Assembly: GCA_950097015.1 (NCBI GenBank) | Contig: CATNEN010000030.1 | Location: forward strand, 3,782,001-3,846,000 | Length of the DNA: 64,000 nt | Reading direction: 5' to 3' | DNA from: Macrostomum hystrix | Taxonomy: Eukaryota > Animalia > Platyhelminthes | Shown here: positions 12,257-25,240 of the stretch, in pieces | Layout of the letters: the number at the start of each line of letters is the position of its first letter | Numbering within the stretch: position 1 is the stretch's first letter | The notes under the pieces: model-generated | What the model saw: only the letters and a program-made list of their open reading frames with translations | Told to the model about the DNA's origin: nothing | Database searches by the model: none | Made by a program: the position numbers and the translations under genes

Positions 12257-12345
12257 CGTGCAACTGCGTCTAGATCGCCGGCTTTGTCAATTACAGGACA
12301 TTGCGCAGACTGTTTCAAACATAGTTTTCCATATTGACCCGTACA

Positions 12346-13503
12346 ATGATCGGTGCGACGCATCAAAAAGCACCACTGATTGCCGTTTGCTCCATTTTGG
12401 GTGAGCTTTGAATATTTCAACTTTATGTACAGTTCTTAGTATTATAATTATTCTTTGAACAAGATTGAGGATACCATAGCTGATAAGAAGTCACAGAGCT
12501 TGTTAAAACACTGAAAATCTTCTTGTTTCCTCTTTTCTTTTTTCTTAACCCAAATGCTTGGACCTCCATCACCGAATTCTTGGTGAAAATGTGTTTAATA
12601 AGTACCCTGTCCCACTAGCTCCAATCTCTGCATTCAAAAGGCCTTCTCTGGCTGCCCGCCAGTGATGCGGCAAAGAAGCCGAAGCCGACGCCCACCACGC
12701 CACCGCTGCGCAAGCTCTGCCTGGAGCACGGCGGCGCCGACTGGATCTTTACCAAGAGCTTCTCAATCGACGAGATGCTGGACTACTGCGAGACACTGGC
12801 TGGCAACACGGCCACTCTGCGCCGCGTGGCCCAGCAGTGGCCGAGCGTATCCAATCAGCGCGGAGCCTGCTACAACCCGGACAGCTGGGCATTCGAGCCG
12901 GGCGCCTACAGCTTCCTGCTGAGGGCCATCTTCCGGCATCACGTTGACGTTGATCGCGACGGCCAGATGAGCAGGCGGGAGATGCGGCTGTACCTGGCGC
13001 CGGCTCTGCGCTATCGCCTCCTCCCAGGCCTGCTAGACGACGAATATCGCAGCCTCCTCGACGCTCACTTTCGCGGCCGCGGACGGCTGCCAACCAGCGA
13101 GGCCGAGTTTGTCGCCGCCGCACTGCGGATGCTCCGCGCTGAGTGGCCGCTGCTGGTGAAGCGAACCATCCCGGACCTGGACGGCGACCGGTGCGTCACC
13201 CAGGCCGAGTACGCCAGGGCCGACTGCCGGCGCAGGATCAAGGAGGTGGACCTCTACTTCCGGGTGGCTGATCTGGACGGCAACCGGGCGGTGACGGGCC
13301 CAGAGTTGGCGCACTTCCGTGACACGGTGCAGCCGAACTCTGGCGAGGAGCGCGGAGCCGAAGCTTTCAACGCCTTCTTCAACGCCATGCAGAACATGAT
13401 CGGCAGCTACAAGGAGGACTATTATCACAAGACATCCTACGCTCACGATCAGATGGTCACCTTCAACGAGATCAACCTGTACATCTGCGAGCACGTCATC
13501 TAA
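12346..13503 (+). CDS. Predicted secreted EF-hand protein, ~305 aa; exons 12346-12400, 12641-13503
   Basis: Splicing G|gtgag to ag|GC gives the signal-peptide-like N-terminus MIGATHQKAPLIAVCSILGLLWLPASDAA. There are three EF-hand loops (DVDRDGQMSRRE, DLDGDRCVTQAE, DLDGNRAVTGPE), a TATA box upstream and AATAAA ~25 nt after the stop. Confidence 0.75.
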
Positions 13504-13898
13504 GCGTTTGTCAGCTCGAAGAATGAGGGAATAAAATATTCATTTAACTGACATTAATTACATATTTGTAAAAATAAACGTAAAGATGAAAAAATATAAA
13601 TCTAAAATTGTGGCTTTGATGATCAAGATAAATGGCCAAACAAAAGAGCATTGGCGATTTAAAAAAGTACAAATTATATTACTTTCAGGAGCAAATATAG
13701 TTTACTTCAGGCTATGGTTACTTATTAGTACCCTTTGATAGGATTTACTGGTATCATAGTGAAAAAAAACAAAAAAACTTATTAAACTCTCGCAAAAGTC
13801 CAAATGGTAATTGCGTAATGAGACACAGCAAGACAACTGTTTACCAGACTTGAGGTTGAGCTATCAAATCACAATAGTTTGAGAATTAATAACCCGCT

Positions 13899-14369
13899 TC
13901 AAACTGTCTGCGGCGCCTTGAATTCGTGTCCTGTGAGCTGTTGGATGCATTTCGTTTCGCGATGGCTGAGAAACTCGCCGACATGTTGCATAGCCATATT
14001 GAGACTGTCGATCGGCATTCGGCTCTGTTTCTCTTCCTCGGTCAGTGACGACACGTGCCTGATCACCTCGCGATAATAGTTGCGCTCCTGGTTGCCATTG
14101 CAACAGATGCCGATGCAGGCCAAAAGAATTCTAGCAATTATAAGCAAAATAACCAAGCAAATGATTATTTTGCCAGTGTAAATAAATGGAACCCGTTCAT
14201 TGCTGCCAATACGAAAGGTGAGACGACCGGTGACTATTCTCGGATCGTTTTTAGCCGGAGCGGCTGCTGACACAATGCTTATGCAAAGAAATGCAAGGAA
14301 CAAAAAGAGAAAATGTTTTTTCAATCCTGGGCTGCTCAGCATAAACGATGTAAAGCGATATAAGCTCAA
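13899..14369 (-). CDS. Uncharacterised single-pass (type I-like) membrane protein, 156 aa, apparently intronless
   Basis: ORF has a hydrophobic signal-like stretch (FLFLFLAFLCISIVSAA), a short ectodomain, a second hydrophobic segment (IIICLVILLIIARILLACIGICC) and a charged tail. No family recognised. Confidence 0.5.
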   Translation of the reverse strand: MSLYRFTSFMLSSPGLKKHFLFLFLAFLCISIVSAAAPAKNDPRIVTGRLTFRIGSNERVPFIYTGKIIICLVILLIIARILLACIGICCNGNQERNYYREVIRHVSSLTEEEKQSRMPIDSLNMAMQHVGEFLSHRETKCIQQLTGHEFKAPQTV

Positions 14370-17353
14370 TGTTTCAAATCAAGTACGCTCGTAAGCTTTC
14401 CGTTTAGGAGATTTCAATTACTCAACTTCCCCATTTGAATTCGTTCATTCTCACATGCCATAGACGCTGGATGTTGTTGCTGAAACGAGGCTAAAACTAA
14501 CGCCAGCCCGCCCTCTGCTGTTGTCTATGGCCGAATTCGATAGATACATGCACAGTGGGCGGGCCGTTTCACACGTTTCACGCCCACTAACTACGAGCTA
14601 CAACACTAATTATGGATAGGCTGCTCGGGCTGAAACAAGCTGAAAGATCGAGGCATCTTAGCTCGTTTCTGCCATCTGCAGCCTATTTATATTGGTATAT
14701 TGTATACTTTCAGAATTTTTTGCAACTGATGAGCTGCTGAAACTGTTAAGCATGCTCAAGTATCGGCAGAACAAGTTGGCCATAGAAGTTTATAGACAAA
14801 CGCAATAATTGTGATTAAGAATAATAGTCCAAGGGTGATACGAGCCCATAAAAGAAACTAAAAGTACAATACGAATAAAAAATTATTCATTAACTTTATT
14901 AATACTAGTGCGAAAAACAACATAGAAAGACTTAGTTAGCATTTAAAACTCTCAAAGATAATTAGGTTTAGAGACTTTGAGACTATGTTTGACGCTTCCA
15001 CACTGATATGCTTTTTCATATGAATTCGAGACAAAATGTACTATTTGCTTGTGGCTGACACATTTTTATGTATATAATAAGTTTTTACTTACTTATATCC
15101 AGTTAATCTCTTTATTTTTTGTTTATGTTTTATATGGGCCTGCGTCTGCATCCTACTCATGCTAACTTGACGTGGCTTGACTTGACTTAACTTGGCTAAC
15201 TTTTCTTTGTCAAGCTAGTAGCCTAGTAAGTGAAATTACTTAAAAACCTAACCTTACTAAATGTTCATAATCACACCATTTTAGAGAAAATCTCCAAGGA
15301 TTCAAAGGTATAATAAAACAAGAAACGAATGTAAGGAAAGAGTAATTGTAATTAGATATAGAAAATTTAAAGCTCATAATTTAGCATCATTATAAACAAA
15401 CACGAATTTACGCAAGGCATACTAACTACTAATGGTTGACAAATTTTTTTTTAATTTATTGACATGCGTGTGCAAAGTTTTATGCATAATGAGTTTAGAA
15501 TTTAGAATAGGCGTGAATAGCCAGCAAAAATACTAATGATAAATTTGATGGCCATTTTTTGACATTTGACATAAACTTAATTATGAAGTTATCCATCGTG
15601 TATATAAAGATGTACTTAAAAACGACGGTGTTTACTTCACATCGGCTTTAATTGGCAGCAGCTCAGCTCAGTCTTGATTTTTTCGTCTGTGACAACAAAA
15701 GCTAAACACGATTACTAGGCCTTCGACAAAGGAACCCATGGCCATCACGCTGCTAATTGAAATAAAAGGCACAAATGTCTCACGTTAAAAATGCTTAGAA
15801 TCTATAGTATTGCAAGTTTTATGCTTTAACAACAATTGTTATATAATTAAACAAGTAAATAAACGATTAAGTAAAACATAGCAAAATTTAATCCGCTTTT
15901 TAGAACATATTCCTGACAATTTTGATTATTTTTACAATTCCTCGAAAATGTATAATAGGGTCGAATTAAATAATTAGCCTTTTAATTAGAAAAAGTTTTA
16001 ATTTACAATTTAAGTACTCTTTAATTCTTGAACTCTTAAGTAGGAGCGACCGGTCGAGCGGTTTATATGACATGTGTTCAAATTTTCCTTATCAAAGGAA
16101 ATTCAAATTAGTACGCTAGATTTTACAAAACAATTTAAGGTAGATTGGCTTGCTTGCTTTTAGTATAATTACGATTTTACATTTAAGGTCCTATTGCGGC
16201 ATTGCCCTTTGCTTGGTTAAAAATTAAATAATTGGTTATATTATGACTCCATAGGCCTATTGCATTACATATTGCATTGCCATTGGACCTATTTCAGAAT
16301 TTCAGAATTCTGTTTCTGCCAAGCTTTTAGACTTTATTTATTGCTTGAAATATGCTTTAATAATGAATCGTTCATCTTACTTTAATCTAGACTTGTGTAA
16401 GTCTAAGACCCAAGTGTCAGCAATGTCTGCCAGATGATTGCAGCTTTCTTTGGGAAATTATTTTGCATTTGAAATTGAAAGTTTATAGTCTCATGATTGT
16501 AAAACCGTCACTCTAGTTAGCTAAGTTCAAATAGTACAGTGGGTTTGCATTATTTAATTTATAATAACTTTAATTGTAGGGGCTGGGGGTTACTGGGTAG
16601 GCCTAATGAATCATTAAGTGATGTTCAACTTGCATATCTAAAAATGATTTTCATGTAATAATTATTCTGCATAATCACACTCATATGCCTTATTAATCTC
16701 AAAAAGTGAATACTTACTATGAGATTAGGGTTGGCCATTCTATATATAACTTGTAGAGCAAATCTCTAAAAATTCATTTTTTCTAATGCTTTGTTTTAAT
16801 ATAATATTGTCTTGCTACATATTTTCAGGTATAGTGAACATATCACCGTTTTGCCAAATTTACCTCATATAGTTTTTTTTCTATAAAAATAATTTTTTAT
16901 TAAAAATAGACTTGTTATAAATATAATTATGCATAGTAAATTTATAAATAGTCACCTTTCTCTTAAAATAGAGAAAATATTAGTATTAAATAATATTAAA
17001 GTTCAATCCTAGTTCAAATTTGCAAAGCTTTAGTAGTACTGGTACTAAATAGGCCCTATCCTAACTAAACCCATTACCAGATTCTATATTGCAGTTTCTT
17101 ATATAGTCTTACTTTAAAGTATCATTAAGGAATCTATAATTGTGTTTTTTCAAACTAGATTGTAAATAGGCCAAACAGATAGACTTTACTTGTTTAAATG
17201 TACTTGTACTTTTAATCTAAAAATAGATATATGGTTATTATATCATATCCCAGTCTAGACAGAATCTGGGTTGAGGCTTACAATGGATTTTTAAAACAAA
17301 ATGCTTTCATTCAATATAAAAAGAAGTTTTTATAATGCATTGATTAACAGCCA

Positions 17354-19784
17354 ATGGATTGGCTAGCTCGGGAAGTCAGTGCCAGCTTCTCTGGCAATCG
17401 CTACCCTGTTCACTCTGGCTGGCTGCTGGTGCAGGTCAGCTGCGCCCTGCTTTTCTGGGTGTCTGTGTATGCTGCTCTCTGCCTTGCCATGCCAAAATTC
17501 CGCTGCGAATGGCACTGCCGTGTGGTCACAGCCGTTCACGCCCTGCTTGTGTCCATTCTGGCCTTTGTTGATGTGTTTATCATCGGCCGGATACCATTCT
17601 ATCATAAGAATCAGCGTGAGTCAACGTTTTATTTAATTACCTTTCATCATTACCGAAAAAACAGTGCTTCGCGAAAGAAAATAAATTTACTCGTAGAAAA
17701 TTCACTGTACTATGTGTGTTTCGTTCTGTCGGCCAACTGCTCTCTGTACTTTTATTGAGTGCCAAATAATGAATGCCAGACGTAATTTTAGAGTTGATTG
17801 TTGATTGTCACAGGTGATTGCGAGGTCGGGGTACGAAAATTCCCATTTCGTTTAAAATATGATCAAAATTCAGGCGCAAGCATGGCTTCGCCTGATTGGC
17901 TGGGAGCAGTAGCTCTCATTAACGTGACCCGCCAGTTGATACCTTCGGCGTCACAGCAATCTTAAGAAATGAGGTCTACCATTGGGTAGTTGCCTCCACT
18001 TCCAAATCAGTATCTCTACAATTAAAGCTGTTAAAGTAGTCATGCTGGAATGTACTTTTCAGTCCTGCCCTACACGGAGCTGGAGAAACTGATCTTCACC
18101 GCCAGTCTGGGCTATTTCATCTTTGACCTAACCTGGTGCCTCTACTATCAGTCAGAGGGTGCTTTCATGCTGTTTCATCACGTGATGAGCATCCTGGGCC
18201 TAGCCGGCACCCTGCTGATGGGCAAGTGCGGAGCCGAGATGGCGGCCACTGTTGGCGGCACTGAGGTCACGAACCCCATTCTGCAGCTGCGCTGGTTTCT
18301 GCGAGACCAGGTGGGTGCTGCCCACGGCTATTGGGGCTTTTTTATCCCACTGGTCTCAGATCCCAGTGTAGACAGAATCAGATCCCAGTGTAGACAGAAT
18401 CAGATCCCAGTGTAGACAGAATCAGATCCCAGTATAGACAGAATCAGATCCCAGTGTAGACAGAATCAGATCCCAGTGTAGACAGAATCAGATCCCAGTG
18501 TAGACAGAATCAGATCCCAGTATAGACAGAATCAGATCCCAGTGTAGACAGAATCAGATCCCAGTGTAGACAGAATCAGATCCCAGTGTAGACAGAATCA
18601 GATCCCAGTATAGACAGAATCAGATCCCAGTGTAGACAGAATCAGATCCCAGTGTAGACAGAATCAGATCCCAGTGTAGACAGAATCAGATCCCAGTATA
18701 GACAGAATCAGATCCCAGTATAGACAGAATCAGATCCCAGTATAGACAGAATCAGATCCCAGTATAGACAGAATCAGATCCCTGTGTAGACAGAATCAGA
18801 TCCCAGTATAGACAGAATCAGATCCCAGTATAGACAGAATCAGATCAAAGTGAACACAGAAACAGATCCCAGTGTAGACAGAATCAGATCAAAGTGAACA
18901 CAGAATCAGATCCCAGTGTAGACAGAATCAGATCCCAGTATAGACAGAATCAGATCCCAGTATAGACAGAATCAGATCCCAGTATAGACAGAATCAGATC
19001 CCAGTATAGACAGAATCAGATCCCAGTATAGACAGAATCAGATCCCAGTATAGACAGAATCAGATCCCTGTGTAGACAGAATCAGATCCCAGTATAGACA
19101 GAATCAGATCCCAGTATAGACAGAATCAGATCAAAGTGAACACAGAAACAGATCCCAATCACCATGCTGACAGTCAGAATCAGATACCAATGAACATATT
19201 GACAGCCAGAAACAGATCCCAATGACCATATTGACAGTCAGAAACAGACCCCAATCACCATGTTGACAGTCAGAATCAGATCCCACTGTAAAACAAAGGC
19301 ACATAACCCTTCTGCCACAAAACAGGGCTTCACTGGCACCAGCCTGATGACAGGCGTGGAGCTTCTATTCATGGCCAGTTTCGGCATTATGCGCCTGCTG
19401 GTAGGCGGAGCCCTGGTCATCTCCTACTTCGCCAATCCTCGCACTGAACTGCTGGGCCGCCTGGCCGCCATCGTGATCTACGGCATCGGTGTGATCTTCT
19501 ATGCCCAGCTGTGCAGCTACTGTCTGAGGCGGTTTCGTCGGAGGCCGACGCGCCTGCTGATGCCGGCTTCAGCTAACGGCCTGTCGCAGTCCGCTTCCGA
19601 CAGTTCGCTGACTGTTGCATCGGCACTAGACGCATCGTCAGCTGCGGCCGATGTTGGAATCGGCAATGGCCCGTCGGCCGGTTCGCCGGGGCAATGCTCG
19701 GCGGCTTCATTGTTATATTCGGCTTCTGCCACAGATCTGTTAAAATCGTCAGAGTCTAGTAGCTCCAGTAGAAAGCATCACTGA
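17354..19784 (+). CDS. TLCD5: TLC domain-containing protein 5 (TMEM136), ~322 aa; exons 17354-17615, 18063-18310, 19326-19784
   Basis: EWHCRVVTAVHA, SLGYFIFDLTWCLYYQSEGAFMLFHHVMSILG and GTEVTNPILQLRWFLR are diagnostic TLC-domain motifs of TMEM136. Splice sites and phases fit. Confidence 0.88.
18354..19285. repeat. 22-nt minisatellite (TAGACAGAATCAGATCCCAGTG/A)n grading into degenerate ~31-nt units, TLCD5 intron 2
   Basis: Direct reading. Confidence 0.95.
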
Positions 19785-19809
19785 ATGCTTGCTGAATAGA
19801 AATAGGATT

Positions 19810-19991
19810 TAGAAATACCGAGTTGGGCCGGTTATACAGCCACGCGTGGACTCTCGGGGGCTATGCTGAATTTCTACCCTAGCAAGTTCTTATGGGTACG
19901 AGTTTTACAGCTGGTGAACTGAGTTTTTCAATAGACTGAGATTCGAACTCTGGACCTCTCGGTCAGAAGTCCGAAGCTTTAACTACCGGGC

Positions 19992-19992
<1 letters not shown>
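19810..19992 (-). mobile_element. Putative SINE family 2 copy (tRNA-like head plus ~125 nt body), next to a family 1 tail fragment at 19990-20040
   Basis: Reverse complement reads TAGCCCGGTAGTTAAAGCTTCGGACTTCTGACCGAGAGGTCCAGAGTTCGAATCTCAGT, similar to 2502-2562. Degenerate pieces also occur at ~23195-23310. Confidence 0.5.
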
Positions 19993-20022
<30 letters not shown>

Positions 20023-20164
20023 TGCAGGACGGCTGCGTCTGTTTCTCTGTTTTTTAGTTTATTTGCCCGAAACTCGTATTTTCGCACAAAGGTCAAGCCA
20101 AACAGGCTTTTTAGTCATAAGTGTAGCAACAAATTCCTGTTATGGAATAATGTCCAAAATTAAT

Positions 20165-20510
20165 TACAATAATTACCGAAGGGCTGTGGGCAATGGAACA
20201 AAAATTGGTGGCACTAGACCTGCCGCCAGCAAGGAGGCAATTCTGCCCATTTCGCTGACTCCTGAGCACTCACGCACACAGATACTGTACACAGGCAGGC
20301 ACACACTCACACAGATGTGTACATCTGCCCTGACTTCTCATTGTCAGGCAGTGTACACTCTCACTGTGCCTTGGAGGATGGCCCTCAAGGATGTAAATTG
20401 CACGACAAGCCCCCAAGCCTAATGTCCCCAAATGAATGTGGCCCCGCCGCGGAATCGAACTCACGGACCTTGGTGCTTGAGGCAAACGCGTTAGACCGCT
20501 CTGTCGCCGG
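20165..20510 (-). mobile_element. SINE family 1 copy downstream of TLCD5
   Basis: Reverse complement of the 1598-1977 head, body and tail. Confidence 0.8.
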
Positions 20511-21749
20511 CCCCCCTACTGGGCTCCCCTACATAAAAATAGTTTTTGTAGCCAAGCTCAGTCTTGATTAAAAGGGTTAGATTTGTTTTGAATTAAATCT
20601 TTCCTTGTTTATTTTACTTTTCGCTTAGTTATTTTTTAAAAGCCATTTACCTTTTGCCTGATTGTGAAACTTTTACATTCTACATTGGTAGCTTCATCTC
20701 AATCGATTTTTTCAGTAACAATTTTTCTTTTGTCACAAATGTATATTATACTACTTTGCTCTGCACAGTAGTATAACGATAGTTTTGTTGTGTAATATTT
20801 ATTTTTCTCTCTAAGCAGCTGATAGATAGTTCATATTGTTTTAGTACAGCTTAATTGCAATTTTACTGTTGATAGTTGTTATTTGCTTTGTGAATGAAAA
20901 ACATACTTGGCATTTCTTTGCTTAAAATTTGCAAGCTATTTTTTGCCAAGCTATTTTTCATATTGACTTAAAAATTGCCGAACTTAAATGTTAATCTTAA
21001 CCCTAACCAGATTAACCATATCCTTAACTAGCTTATCTCTTTTTGTCTTAGCTTTTTCTTGCTTCTTAAAATATGAAAATATACATTAATTAGCAAAGCC
21101 ATCCCGTTTCATTATCTACTCCCTTCCTTTGGCACTCTTGAGCACTTGAGCACCCGTTTCTTAGATTAAAATCTGATTTTTAATCAAGTTAATAACAAGC
21201 GTCACATGAGATTGTGATAGCCGTTATCTGTCTAAAAATTTGTTGTGACAAAACTGAATAAAATAAAACAGCTTTCTATTTTGCGATATTTTTAAGACAG
21301 AAATTTGCATTGCACTTCAAGTACTTCAAGTAGTTTATTTTGCTTTTTATTATCTATTTGATTTTTATTATTTTCTTCGTTATAATTTAAATACATTATT
21401 CTAACTTTTTAGTGCGAAATTGTGTTCGAAAAATTCTTCCCATTGTCCAATATTGTTACAAATGTTTAGTCCACTGATTTTTAAAGTACTAGACAAAAGT
21501 AGAGGCGTGAACTGTTTTGTTTCGATATTGTCTATGGCCAAAACTCTCAATTGGCCTTAGTTGCCTCGCCGTTTTTTTTAAGTTCGCCTTGTTTTCGTTT
21601 TCTAATATATTTTTATGACCACTATGCGCTGAAAACATACGAAAAAAATGTTGTCGAACCATTCTTTTCTGTTTTTCTTTTAAGTGCTCAAGAGTTTATG
21701 TAAGTTTTATTTAGGTTAATACTAACTAGCCCCAGTTAAAACATAAACT

Positions 21750-22030
21750 ATCCCTGATTAACTACAGATTATAGCCCCGATCAACCATAGACTCTAGTCC
21801 CTGGATCATCACTATTCGCTATCCACAGCAGATTAATTCCTAATCCATAAATTAGTCCCTGATTAACCATAGAATAGCCCCGATCAAACTTAGACTATCC
21901 CTGATCAACCATAGACTATCCCTGATCAACCATAGACTATCCCTGATCAACCATAGACTATCCCTGATCAATCATAGACTATCCCTGATCAACCATAGAC
22001 TATCCCTGATCAACCATAGACTATCCCTGA
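21750..22030. repeat. 21-nt minisatellite (CATAGACTATCCCTGATCAAC)n immediately upstream of the RABGEF1 acceptor/ATG
   Basis: About 7 clean copies at 21885-22030, with degenerate copies upstream. Confidence 0.9.
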
Positions 22031-22042
22031 TCTCCCTCAGCA

Positions 22043-23737
22043 ATGGCAACAGCGGCAAAGTCAGCAATATCTGCCAAGGCCAATCTGTACTGTAAGAACA
22101 ACTGCGGTTTCTACGGCAACTCCAGCTGGCACGGCTATTGCTCTGTGTGCTACCGAGATGCCTATCTTAAATCCAAAACTAAATCTGATGATTCTCGTCA
22201 GCGACAGCAACAGCAGCAGCAGCGACAGTCAGCATCGGCCGCCACAGCAGTTGCTTCCTCCGCTGCAGCGGCTGCAGCCGCCGGTCTGTCGGCCTCTTTC
22301 AACCAGTTTGAAGAGAAGCGCCGCCAAGTCACCGGTCGGGGCGCCAACACTTTGAAGAATCTGTTGAAAAAGCCATCGGATACGGCCGCATCAACTCGGA
22401 GTCGATCGCCTCCGACTAATTCTTCGGCGGCGCCGACCGTCTCGGACGATGAAGCAGCGACGGCTAGCGGCTTGTTTCCGTCGAGCGCCTCAGACAGTGA
22501 CAAGCACTCTAACTATGAGTTCATGACCTTCGTCAAGTCCCTGTCCAGATCTGCCGGGGTGGACCTCACCAAGCAGATCAAATTGGCCATCGCCCGGTTG
22601 AAAGATTTGCCAACCGCGTCCACGGTGGAAGAGTACAGCGACGCTGCTCAGGAGTTCTACTCGAGCCTGGCAAAGCGACTCAACACTGAGGCAGTCTATC
22701 AGCGGCTAACAGAACAGCAGCGCTCCGATGCCCTGTTCTGGGCCGAGACATTCCTGTCCAAGAGAATCTACCGCACCGTGTTCAGCCAGGGAGCGGACGA
22801 GGAGGCCAAGGACATTGCCCTGCAGAAGAAGCTGCGCTCCCTGCACTGGGTGACGCCGGCTATATTAGAGTCGCGAGTTTCTCACAATAGTCCTCATTTC
22901 TATGAAGCCGTTGCCTGCCTGCTGGCTCTCGACACCCTGGTGACTCCTCCAGCCAAGCTGGACAGCATCGTCCGCTGCGCCAGTCACATCTTCAAGGCGT
23001 TAAACGAGGCCTCCGGTGATGCCGCCTCCGCTGACGACTTCCTGCCCGCCCTAATCTACGTACTGCTGAAGGGCAACCCGCCAAGACTGCATTCGAATAT
23101 TGCCTTCATCACCAGGTTTGCTAATAGCGCCAGGCTCAACACTGGGGAGCAGGTGCGTACTCGACCCTAGACAATTCAGTATAGAAAAACTAATAAAAGC
23201 CTCACTCTCACTAATTAAGAGGTCGTGAGTTCGAATCTCAACTGTAGGCAATTCAATATAAAAAGAGAATTAAAAACCAAACTCACTCTGAGAGGTCTTG
23301 AGTTCGACCGTAGAGAATTAACTATAGAAAGACAATTCAATGCCTTAAAAACCTGTGTACCGCAGGGCTACTACTTCACTAACCTGTGCTGCGCTGTGTC
23401 ATTTCTCGACTCGCTAAATCACGAATCGCTCAGCCTGCCTAAAGACCTATTCGACAAGTTTATGTCCGGCCAGCTGTCGCCGGCCACGCACGGCCTCAGC
23501 GTCGGCGAGCGGGTGGCCCAGTGCCTGGCCCTGCTAGAGACCAGTGCCAGTCGCCTGGCCGAGCTAGACAGTCGCGCCAACAAGCTGCGCTCCGATTTGG
23601 ACAGCGTGGAGGCCGAGATGTCTCGCTGCGTAGCCGAAGTACGCGACCAGGTGGCCCGACACCGCCAGGAGCGCCCGCTGCGACTGCCGATTAAAGAGGG
23701 CCGCGTGCGGGCACCACCTGCTGGCACATCCGACTGA
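22043..23737 (+). CDS. RABGEF1: Rab5 GDP/GTP exchange factor (Rabex-5), ~493 aa; exons 22043-23152, 23366-23737
   Basis: A20 zinc finger (CKNNCGFYGNSSWHGYCSVC), VPS9 domain (SADDFLPALIYVLLKGNPPRLHSNIAFITRF...GEQ|GYYFTNLCCAVSFL) and a C-terminal coiled coil. Confidence 0.92.
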
Positions 23738-23744
23738 CTGACGA

Positions 23745-25240
23745 ACTGGGAATGTGTTTAGTTTGGGAATTGGTGGGCTGGGAATGTGTTTAGTTTGGGA
23801 ATTGGTGGGCTGGGAATGTGTTTAGTTTGGGAATTGGTGGGCTGGGAATGTGTTTGTTAATCGCCCCCATCAGTGGACTGGGAATGCGTTTTGGAAATCA
23901 GTGGGCTGGGAATGTGTTTTTGGAAATCAGTGGGCTGGGAATGTGTTTTGGAATCAGTGGCCTGGGAATGTGTTTTTGGAAATCAGTGGGCTGGGAATGT
24001 GTTTTGGAATCAGTGGGCTGGGAATGTGTTTTGGGAATCAGTGGGCTAGGAATGCGTTTTGGAAATCAGTGGGCTGGGAATGTGTTTTGGGAATCAGTGG
24101 GCTGGGAATGCGTTTTGGAAATCAGTGGGCTAGGAATGTGTTTTGGAAATCAGTGGGCTGGGAATGTGTTTTGGGAATCAGTGGGCTAGGAATGCGTTTT
24201 GGAAATCAGTGGGCTGGGAATGTGTTTTGGAATCAGTGGCCTGGGAATGTGTTTTTGGAAATCAGTGGGCTGGGAATGTGTTTTGGAATCAGTGGGCTGG
24301 GAATGTGTTTTGGGAATCAGTGGGCTAGGAATGCGTTTTGGAAATCAGTGGGCTGGGAATGTGTTTTGGGAATCAGTGGGCTGGGAATGCGTTTTGGAAA
24401 TCAGTGGGCTAGGAATGTGTTTTGGAAATCAGTGGGCTGGGAATGTGTTTTGGGAATCAGTGGGCTAGGAATGCGTTTTGGAAATCAGTGGGCTGGGAAT
24501 GTGTTTTGGAATCAGTGGGCTGGGAATGTGTTTTGGAATCAGTGGGCTGGGAATGTGTTTTGGAATCAGTGGGCTGGGAATGTGTTTTGGAATCAGTGGG
24601 CTGGGAATGTGTTTTGGAAATCAGTGGGCTGGGAATGTGTTTTGTGAATCAGTGGGCTGGGAATGTGTTTTGGGAATCAGTGGGCTAGGAATGCGTTTTG
24701 GAAATCAGTGGGCTGGGAATGTGTTTTGGAATCAGTGGGCTGGGAATGTGTTTTGGAATCAGTGGGCTGGGAATGTGTTTTGGAATCAGTGGGCTGGGAA
24801 TGTGTTTTGGAATCAGTGGGCTGGGAATGTGTTTTGGAATCAGTGGGCTGGGAATGTGTTTTGGAATCAGTGGGCTGGGAATGTGTTTTGGAATCAGTGG
24901 GCTGGGAATGTGTTTTGGAATCAGTGGGCTGGGAATGTGTTTTGGAATCAGTGGGCTGGGAAGTTTTTCGATTTAGGAATTAATAGGTAGAGAATGTGTT
25001 CCATTTGGGATTGCATTGGTAGAGAATGTGTTAGATTTGGGAATGCATGGGTAGAGAATGTGTTCGATTTAGGAATTAATGGGTAGAGAATGTGTTCGAT
25101 TTAGGAATGCATGGGTAGAGAATGTGTTCGGTTTGGGAATGTATTGGCAGAGAATGTGTTCATTTTGGGGATGTATTGACAGAGAATGTGTTCATTTTGG
25201 GGATGTATTGACAGAGAATGTGTTCGGTTTGGGAATTAAT
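23745..25240. repeat. 27/28-nt minisatellite (GGAATCAGTGGGCTGGGAATGTGTTTT)n to ~24960, then a related ~32-nt unit
   Basis: Direct reading; starts 8 nt after the RABGEF1 stop codon. Confidence 0.95.

Noticed and set aside
23818-24990. ORFs such as ISGLGMCFG / NQWAGNVFW
   Set aside because: Minisatellite translations downstream of the RABGEF1 stop.
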